A stretch of DNA of 64,000 nucleotides from Salpingoeca rosetta (taxonomy: Eukaryota > Protista > Choanoflagellata). The DNA lies in contig JAWQFM010000003.1 of the NCBI GenBank assembly GCA_033442325.1, positions 932,109 to 996,108 on the forward strand, written 5' to 3'. Made by a program: the position numbers and the translations under genes. The notes under the pieces were generated by a model. The model had not been told where the DNA came from and did not search any database. It saw only the letters and a program-made list of their open reading frames with translations. Shown here one piece after another: positions 54,333-64,000 of the stretch (the first letter of the stretch is position 1; each line of letters starts with the position of its first letter).

Positions 54333-55643
54333 CACCACCACCACCACCACCACCACCACCACTGCCAAGTGCATGTGCGACTCACGGGCGGGACGGCCGT
54401 GCTGAGCATGCCCTCAACCTCAATCAGCTCACGTCGCAGCGTGCCTTCGTGCAGAAACACCGTTCTCGTGCCTGCGCGTGTCGAATATTGCATGCAGGGA
54501 GGTGAGGATGCGAGCAGAGCACGGAGAAAAAGTGGCGAAAGTGACGGGTAGCAGAAGGGAGTGCAGCACTTCGGAGAGATGCGCCACCACGCGTGTCACA
54601 CCAAAGAGCGCAAATGCACGACAGCAATCCATCACCCCGACTGCCACCCGATCACGCACAGTCGCAGAGGGTGCGCAGGGCGGTGGCGGCCTGGCGAAGG
54701 TGACGCGTCGGTGACTCGAGCGTCACATATGCCATCGTGTGCTCACGCACATCCTTTAGCTGTGTGTGTGTGTGTGTGTGTGTGTATCCAAGGAAACAAG
54801 AGGGGATGGCAGCGGCGTGTGAGAAGCACACCGTAAGACGACAGGGGTGCGGATGGGAAGGGAGCATACACCAGCCTCACAACCACACCAGCAGGCAAGC
54901 ACGGATAAACCACACACACATATGAACACAAATGAACTGACACATACACATGAAAATACACATCGCATGCATACACACCCCTGCACGCCAGTGGCGCACC
55001 TGCGAGGTGATGGTGACGTTGTCTTGTGTGCAGAGCGTGACGAGTTCACGCAGGAGGCGGTCCATGGGCACGGCAGCGTCAAGGTGCACAGCGACCTTCA
55101 GCTTCTCAAGGGCCTTCAGCACGCGCTCGCGAAGAAACTCCACGTCCTTGATGGGGGCGTTGGCAAAGGCGGCGTCGAGTTCCGGAATGCGGATGCGCGA
55201 GTCCTTGAAGGACAGGGTGTCCAGATCGCTCTGTGGGCGCACGTATGCACTCGTGCGGCGCGCAAGGCTCAGGCCTGGCCAAAAGCGCAACGCCAGAGAG
55301 AGAGAGAGCGAAATCAAGGGAGGTGAGGGGTGTGGAGGGAGGGAGGGAGTGAGGCAGGGAGGGAGTGAGTGTGTTGAGCAAGTGATCAAGCAGTGTATGA
55401 GTGCGTGTGTGTTTGATTCGAAAAGCGCCGGCTGCACGCCAAGGTCTAAGAGTGTGTGCAATACCAGAGTCGCTGAAGCTGATGTGCACGAAGATGGATC
55501 CTTGCTCGAGCGGCGTTTGGTTGCGGGAGAACAGGTGGATGTGCCGGAAGCCTGCATTATGCAAGTAAGCGCGCGTGTGGGTTGCAATGAGATGGATGAA
55601 GGAGGGAGGAGGAGTACAACTGGTCACCATGGCCACACACACA

Positions 55644-55675
<32 letters not shown>

Positions 55676-57221
55676 CACAGCGCGACGCACCCGGGCGCAG
55701 GCTCTGCACAGGGATGGCGGATTGCGCAACAAAGTCGTCGCCTGAGATGAAGTCGCTGTCGTAGACTTCAAAGTACACGAGCGACACCTCTGTGATGCAG
55801 TTGGTGCAGTTGGTGTGTTGAAGCAGGGTGGGGACAAGGGTTACGTGATGAAGGGTTGGCTCAACATGCAGGTGGTTGCACACAGGTATGGCAGAAGAAG
55901 AGCATCAGTGCATGCATATACAACGACACTCGCTATCGCACCCACACCCACAACCTGAACACACACACACACACACACACACATTAGCGCTGCTGACCTG
56001 GGAAGGCAACATCAAACTCCATGACGTCGCGATCGGACCAGCGCGGGTTGAAGCCGTTGTTCTGCACAACAGAGGACTTGGACTGCAGTGTGGTCATGTG
56101 TGTTGTGTTGTGTGTGTGTGTGCGTGTGCGTGTGCGTTTGATGCGGTTTGTGTTAGAACAGCGAGGCAATGGTGGACAGAGGTCGAATGTGTCAAAAATC
56201 ACGCAAACAAACAAAACAAAGCAAAGCAAACGAAAGAACCTTCCACAGACCTGCTTGTTGTCGCCCCGAAGCCCAAAGATGGTGACACGGACGTACGGGT
56301 CAATGATCTCACCACGCACATAGTCGTGACTTTCCCGCTGCAGGGCACGCAAACACCGCAGTTCACAGCACGTGTACACGTGAGTCAGCTGTGCCGCATA
56401 TGCAAAGCAAACACATGGATACAAGCGAGAGCACTGAAACTCGAACGACGAGCAGGGCTGGAGACGAGCGTTCCTGCATAAATTGCACGCAGCACTCCTC
56501 ACACAACCCCTCAAATGCCACACAGCTTGCGTAGTGTGTGTGTGCGTGCGCGTGCGTGTGTAAGTGTGGGTGTGTGTGATGTGTGTGATGTGTTGGCAAG
56601 ATAGCAAGCCTACCGCAGCCTTTGGGAGGTGCTGGCCAGAGAGGACGCGGATGGTGATGGTGCGCGACTGCTCGATAGGAATGGTGGACGGAACAGCCGG
56701 ATTGAAAGTCGCGGAAGGGTCACGCAGCTCCCGCGGTTTCAGAATGTACCCGCAACCGCCATTGTCCGCAAACTTGCCCTGAAACACGGCACGCAACCAG
56801 CACACGTGAGAGCCATTGTGCAGCAAGGCGTCGAAATGCAGCAGCCGCATGGAATTCCGATGACACCCACCCCTCTGCACCCACACACACCCACACACCC
56901 ACACATATTCACACACACACACACACACTCTCACCTGGTTGAGGTGCATCTCCGAGCAGGGGGTCTGGTAGTTGAGGGCGACGAGCTGGCAGCCGGCGTT
57001 CCACATCTCCTGCGGCGGATAGTTGCTCGAGTCGATGCGGAAGCCAGAGGGGTACACACCTGCACCGCAAGCACACACGCATGGCGCGAAGGAGCAGCGG
57101 TGGCCATGGTGGATGACAGCACGTGTGAGCGTTGCTGGGACGTTTTGCCCCACAAGCACACACGGGGGCACAGATACATCACGAGAGCAAACATAACAAG
57201 AGAGCAATAATTGTACACAGC

Positions 57222-57254
<33 letters not shown>

Positions 57255-57533
57255 GCACGCACGCACACACACCCACCCACCCACACACACGCACACACCC
57301 ACCCACACGCACACCCACACACCATCAGCTACAGAGGCAATGGAGACACACGTGCGAGCTGGCGGATGTTGCGCTTGACGAATTTGTCGGCGGTGAGAAT
57401 GTCGTTGACAAGTTTGTGCGCTTTCGCTTCCCCAAAGGAGGACATGGTATTGCCGGCAGCAGCATCCAGATTGTCCAGACTCGACGCTGCATGGTGTCAT
57501 GATGGGTGAAGGTGGCGGTGCACGTTTGTGTGA

Positions 57534-57584
<51 letters not shown>

Positions 57585-59021
57585 CTGTTTTCGGGCGCGT
57601 ACAGCTGTCGCAAAGGCTGTGTTGACAGCAAACAAGTTCCAAGCAGACAAAAGTGGAGGTGATCTTGATTGGCGGTCCGTGCATGTAGGCAGGCGTGTTG
57701 CTCACGGTTGAAGTGGACGGATTTGAGCGAGACAATGTCTGAGAATTCGCGGGCAAGCTTCATCTTCTTCTTCTTGCTCGATTGCTCCTGGAAGTCGCGC
57801 AATGAACGTGAACAATAACCATGGTGTGATGTTCCACGCGACCAAAAACAAAGCGTGTGATGTTGTATACACATGGACGAGTGAGAACAAGTGATGACAA
57901 AATGAACGAAGCATAAACAAACGCGCCTGGCTTCTCTTTCCATGCACAGACAAATGAATGTGTGTGTATGTGTATGTGCGTGTGGGTGTGTTTGTCTGTG
58001 CGTGTGTGTTGTGTGCACGCACCGCCTTTGCCTTGAGCTGCTGCTTGACATCCTTTGGCTGCTTGCGGAAAACCTTCTTCTTCTGCAGTGTGGAGTCAGA
58101 CAGCGCTAGCACACCAACGTAGCAGCAGGAACAGAGGGAGAGGGTATCGATGAGGGAATTATGTGATGGAAGAGCAGCAAGAACAAGGCACTCCATGATA
58201 ACCATCGTGTGTGCGTGTGTTTGTGTATGTGGACGCGTGTATGTGTGCGCGTGCGTGTGTTGATAGTTATGTTGCGTGCAAGCATAGATGCATGTGAGCG
58301 CAGCAGCAGCCTTCGTACCTTCAGACGACTCGTCTTCGTCAGAGACGGCGTCGTCGTCCGCATCTGGTGGAAGTTTCTTCCCCTGCAGTCGTCGCACCAA
58401 TTAAGCAGCAACATCAGCATCACGAGGGGCCATGACAGGTACTAACGCGCGATCAAGCCATCCTACAACACCACTGCAAATGTCACATGCATGTGCGCGC
58501 GTGCGTGTGTGTGCGTATGTGTGTGCGTGCGTGTGTTTCTGGATGTGAACAGACCTTGACAATGACTTTTCGCTTGAGGGCCTCTGGGGACGGCAGCTCA
58601 CGGCAGCCGTCGGGAACAACGACAAGCGCATCGCCAAAGATCTCCTTGATGTCACGCGCCATGATCTGAGTTTGGAGCATATGCATGTTGGTTGGGGGGA
58701 GGCAATGGTCAGTGTTGGTTAGAGGACAAGGCGAAAGGAGACAGAGATGGTGAGTGAGAGAGCGAGTGAGTGAGCAATGCAGATGCACGGCGGATATAAA
58801 GCGCAGTTGGGGACTGGGCAACACGCGCACATAACGAAATACACACACGCACACGCGCACATGGTCACCCCTTGAGGTGTACATGCACAGTAACAAGTCC
58901 ACGCATCGCACCTTCTGCTGCTCGATGCTGAGGTGGTTCTCGATGGAGAGGATGAGTGGAAAATCACTGGCGTGGAAGGCGTATTCGTGGCACGCCTTGA
59001 GCGCATCCCGCAGCGAAATCT

Positions 59022-59086
<65 letters not shown>

Positions 59087-61022
59087 AAACCCACACAAGA
59101 AGAACACACGCACAATCAACACACACACACAATACGATAAGCACGTACACAAATGCATACGTTTTCGTCATGTGAATGGATGTATACATGCGATGCATTG
59201 GTGGTGTTCATTGGCGTTGCGCAGAGCTTCGCCAGCCAACGCTGCCAACAAAAGCAACACGGTGCGCGCACCTTGCTGGTAAGGGTGTGTCCGTGGTAAA
59301 CAATGGGCTCCATGTTCCACTCGTCGTCGCCGTCCCACACATCCAGCTCCTGTCCGTCAAGCAGCGAAAAGCAAAGACACAGCAACCGCGAGAGGGGGGG
59401 GTGAGACACAGCCTGGTTCAGCGCATGACGAAGAAAAGGGACACAAGCAAAGCGCAAAACGACGCTAGCACCACACAGCAGCAGCAATAGCAGCAACATG
59501 AGATGCACATAGCGACAAAACACCCACAGCAGCAACGCACCACACATCTGCAGCCGGCAATGAGGGCGCGCTTGTACGCCTCGACATCTGAGGGCCCACG
59601 GATCTGGTCGTCGGTCAAGTAGGTGTTGTGCGACGACGCAACGTAGTACTCGCTCAGGGGGCGTGTCATGTCCTATCGCAGCCATGGACAGCGTCGTCGG
59701 TAGCGGTGGTGGTGGTGGAAGCATTGGTTATGTTGCCGTCAAGGGTGGGGGGAGGGATTGGGCAGGCATACAAGTGAATCAACGTGCTTTCACAAGCAAG
59801 CACACTCAGAGCGGCATTTACACACACACACGCACAAGAACTCAATCGCACCCATCACCACACACACATCCACACGCATCTACACGTCCATACATTCACA
59901 CTCAATCACACACATCACCACGACAGACCTGGTAGACGCGTTCCTGGTGGTCTGGGTTGTACGCGTTGCCGTAACGGGTGAGCAGCAGGCGTGTGAGCCC
60001 GTCCACACCGAGCAGGCCATCCTGCCGGGCCGGCTCGTGCTCTTGGATCAGCTCTGCGCACTTGCCCTCAGGGACATCCTCCATCTGCTCGACCTTGAAA
60101 AAGTGCGAGAGCTGGGCCGCGGTCATGGTCACGTCGTCGTACGTGTCGAGTCGTGAGGAGGATGTGCCTTTGTGCGACCGGTCCAGCTTGGCTGATTGGC
60201 ACCGCAGCAAGCAGTGGGTTGGTTGGATAGGAGAGTAAGAGGAGGAGAGAAGGTGATGAGATCATGTCGACGTGTGTGCGCGTGTGCGCGTGTGCATATG
60301 CGCGTGCGTGTACGTGTTGGGGTACATGCTGTAACAGTAGCCAATGCATCGCAAGCTCACGCGCCAAACGTGTGCACCGCGCACACACAACACAACACGC
60401 CGCGCACACCACACCACAGCGTGACACGGAAACTCACAGCTGCCGTATTGGAGCATAATCTCGCCAACTTCCGGCCGTGTCATGAGCAGCTTGTAGAACT
60501 TTGCAAACTCCTCATAATCGAGCTTGCCGTACCCCGCGGTCCCGCGACGGTCCGTGTCAGCCTGGTGGTGCCAGCCATCATGGTAACGATGAGGAATTGG
60601 CGGGACGGTGGGTAAAATGTCAGCGTGGGTGCATGTGTGTGCGTTCATGTATGATTGAGATTGCGATGCCAAAGGTGCGTGCGTCCTTGCGTGCACGTGT
60701 GTGTGTGCGGGTGTGTGTGTGTGTGTGTGCGGGTGTGTGTCTGTGTGTGTGTGCGTGTGTGTGCAACGACACGTACTGCAAAGAAGCGGGTGGAGATGGT
60801 CTTGGATGGGAGATAGACGTTGAGGCGCTTCAGCAGTGTCTTGATCTCGCTCTGACATTTGAACAAGCCACGCATGATTGGATGGAGTTGGTGAATTGGA
60901 CAACGCGAGTGCACATGAGCATCAAATCAAGCGCAAACATGGGCACACGGCACAACATCGCATGGGTAAACGCGAGAAGCGTCCACACGCACACACGCAC
61001 ACACGCACACACATACACACAG

Positions 61023-61112
<90 letters not shown>

Positions 61113-61830
61113 CGAACTGACGAGTGAAAGCTGCTTGTCGTTGTTGGCATCGGCCTGCTCAAACAAGTCGCGAAGCCAGCGCGTGCGCTCTGAGTGCTCG
61201 TCATGTTCAACATCGTTCAGCGCATATTGCCTGCAAGGAAGCCATGAGTGCATGCAAGCAACACGACCAAGTAGTCAAGGAGAAGGATCAGTGGATGAGG
61301 TTGAGAGCGGGCACATGCGTGCAGAAATGTGGTCAGCACGAAAAGAAGGGGGCAGACAGGAGCAAAATCAGGGGCCAAAGATGCATTGTGACACATGTGT
61401 ACACAAGCGGGTGACGCACTGGTTCTTGTGGGCAAAGTATTCGCAGGCCAGGATCCACGCGTCGTAGTCAGCCTTGGAGTGTGCCACAAGGTCGAGCGTC
61501 TCAAAGGTCTACAGCGCGCACATACAGCGTGAGCAAGCATACTTCGTGTGGGGACAGCAGCAGCGGCAAGGTGTGAGTGTCGTCACACACGTACACAGAC
61601 ACACTTGTCCACGTGTGCACCCGTGGGTTTGTGCTGCAGAGGCAATGTTGTTGGTGTTGGTGTACCTCTGAGAAGATGATGGAGAAACAGTACTGTTCCC
61701 GGGGACCGCCAAGCACAGACTGCCGCTTTTCGTTAGCCTGCGAGTAGCTGCGCTCAAAGGAGTGCGTCTTGCGCCCGCGGCTATCAAGGTGGCGGAAGAG
61801 TGGTGGGCGTGGTGAATGTGAGGAGACTGA
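53406..61830 (-). CDS. Phosphoinositide phospholipase C (PH, EF, X, Y, C2, plus a C-terminal helical extension); first exon(s) probably in or near the 62081-62761 gap
   Basis: [14 protein letters not shown] (PH); [14 protein letters not shown] (EF); [23 protein letters not shown]; [18 protein letters not shown]; PLILSIENH; [14 protein letters not shown]; [26 protein letters not shown]; [10 protein letters not shown]; VLSGQHLP; NNGFNPRW. Confidence 0.93.
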
Positions 61831-62080
61831 GCAGAAAGGGCGGCGCAACAGCAGATGCAGATGTGTGCAAATATCTTGCAGAAAGACACACACAGCACTG
61901 CATCTATCAACCCATGCACCATCACCCGTGAACAACTTCACACATACACACAACACACACACACACACAAAGGCACAGACACAGACACAGACACAGACAC
62001 AGACACAGACACAGACACAACACACACACACACACAACGCACAGACACAGGACACAGACACAGACACAGACACAGACACA

Positions 62081-62761
62081 NNNNNNNNNNNNNNNNNNNN
62101 NNNNNNNNNNNNNNNNNNNNNNNNNNNNNNNNNNNNNNNNNNNNNNNNNNNNNNNNNNNNNNNNNNNNNNNNNNNNNNNNNNNNNNNNNNNNNNNNNNNN
62201 NNNNNNNNNNNNNNNNNNNNNNNNNNNNNNNNNNNNNNNNNNNNNNNNNNNNNNNNNNNNNNNNNNNNNNNNNNNNNNNNNNNNNNNNNNNNNNNNNNNN
62301 NNNNNNNNNNNNNNNNNNNNNNNNNNNNNNNNNNNNNNNNNNNNNNNNNNNNNNNNNNNNNNNNNNNNNNNNNNNNNNNNNNNNNNNNNNNNNNNNNNNN
62401 NNNNNNNNNNNNNNNNNNNNNNNNNNNNNNNNNNNNNNNNNNNNNNNNNNNNNNNNNNNNNNNNNNNNNNNNNNNNNNNNNNNNNNNNNNNNNNNNNNNN
62501 NNNNNNNNNNNNNNNNNNNNNNNNNNNNNNNNNNNNNNNNNNNNNNNNNNNNNNNNNNNNNNNNNNNNNNNNNNNNNNNNNNNNNNNNNNNNNNNNNNNN
62601 NNNNNNNNNNNNNNNNNNNNNNNNNNNNNNNNNNNNNNNNNNNNNNNNNNNNNNNNNNNNNNNNNNNNNNNNNNNNNNNNNNNNNNNNNNNNNNNNNNNN
62701 NNNNNNNNNNNNNNNNNNNNNNNNNNNNNNNNNNNNNNNNNNNNNNNNNNNNNNNNNNNNN
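62081..62761. other. Assembly gap (others at 13231-13330, 14731-14830, 26026-26125, 30667-30766)
   Basis: Runs of N, mostly flanked by microsatellite. Confidence 0.99.
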
Positions 62762-62828
62762 ACACGCAGCATGCATGTCAGTCTCCATTTTCAAACCCCA
62801 GCGCTCCCCTCCCCAACAGACTTTATAC

Positions 62829-62899
<71 letters not shown>

Positions 62900-63413
62900 C
62901 AAAGGACAGCATGCGTGCACACTCACCACCGCCACAATCCAGCTGGTGTTGCTTTGGCAAATGCGCCAGCCAGCCAGCAGTGCGGTGAAATTTGGTGGGC
63001 GTGGTGCTTCAAGAGAAAAAAATTGCACAAAATCATCACGGCAACAAATCGTGCTGTTGCAGCCTGTACGGACGCGCCTGCTGGTACATCCCAGCCAGCC
63101 AGGCGTCAAGTTGTCACATGTCACAACATCATTCTTAACTCCTTCTGACGCTTTCAGAGAGGCGCAAGGCAGTAAGGTTCATCTCTTCTGGAGCTAATAG
63201 GGGTTTCTGTTGGCGACTTTGGGTCTTTGTTTCTGCTGGAAGCCCAGCCGCAAGCCCCGACGAACAGACATGCGGCGCACGTCGTCGTTCATGTGTGTGT
63301 GTGTGTTTGTAAGCATGTCAACGTAGCCAGGTTGCCGTTGTGTTAATTGATGTGCTGTGACTTTCACGCTTTCAACGTCATCACGTTAATAAACGCCGCA
63401 GATGTTCTTTCGT

Positions 63414-63568
63414 TTATTGTGTCGCCAACAGCAACCGCTGCACAGCCTGCGCATATGACGCGCTCTCCTGATCCAGTGAATGGCACCTGAGCACGAACAC
63501 GGCGCGAGGGAGAAACGACTGCACATCAGCACAGCAACCGCTGCCAAACCAAGCACGCACAGACACAC

Positions 63569-63631
<63 letters not shown>

Positions 63632-64000
63632 CACAAACGCAGCATGCACAGGTGCTCACTTTGATACGTAGTCAAGGGCACTTGCGGTCATTCGTTCTCT
63701 CAATGCATCTGAACGCGCATCCCACGAACAGCCAGCAAGCAAGGCAAGTTAGCCCACGACAACCATTTCTGACAGGAGTGGTGACGTCACTGAGCAACAA
63801 GGTTGGACAGAACAACCAGCATTGTGGCAGCACAATGCGCAGCACAATACAACAACGCAGGGAAGCCCCTGGCGCCTCACCATCTTCGAGTAGCTCTCGT
63901 GCACATGTGATAAACTCATCTGGCGTCGTAAATAACAATCCAGTCTCCTGCCACATGCAAACCGCGTGTACGGGATGAGCAGGTGCTCAAGTTTCGATGC
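63414..64000 (-). CDS. 3' end of a GT4/GT-B glycosyltransferase, GLT1D1-like
   Basis: ETGLLFTTPDEFITCARELLED|DALRERMTASALDYVSK|CHSLDQESASYAQAVQRLLLATQ*, resembling the GLT1D1 C-terminus. Confidence 0.7.

Noticed and set aside
61501-63148. 400+ aa ORFs spanning the large gap
   Set aside because: Artefacts of N runs.

Overview
Eukaryotic, intron-rich genomic DNA. Introns are packed with (CA)n/(GT)n microsatellites, coding regions carry CAA/CAG homopeptide runs, and there are five N gaps. Gene content and intron style suggest a unicellular holozoan, most likely the choanoflagellate Salpingoeca rosetta (inference). Most of the ORF track is microsatellite noise, so genes were rebuilt exon by exon. 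In order: an unknown coiled-coil gene (5' partial), CEP120, a PIF/Harbinger transposon, a Sola transposon, eIF3g, GNPTG, B3GNTL1/QTGAL, a small coiled-coil gene, a SEA-like GPI-anchored surface protein, an ANKMY2-like ankyrin protein, a C3orf33-like SNase-fold protein, a FEX fluoride exporter, an unknown EF-hand-like gene, EXOSC2, POLA2, SFR1, a phospholipase C and the 3' end of a GLT1D1-like glycosyltransferase. Main highlight: two DNA transposons, totalling about 9.6 kb and only 4 bp apart, sit inside the ~170-bp CEP120/eIF3g bidirectional promoter, 4 nt upstream of the CEP120 ATG. The Harbinger accessory protein is an unusual PHD finger + SQ/TQ repeat + Myb/SANT fusion, a candidate chromatin-reading, promoter-targeting transposon system. 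All homology calls come from remembered family motifs; no searches were run.
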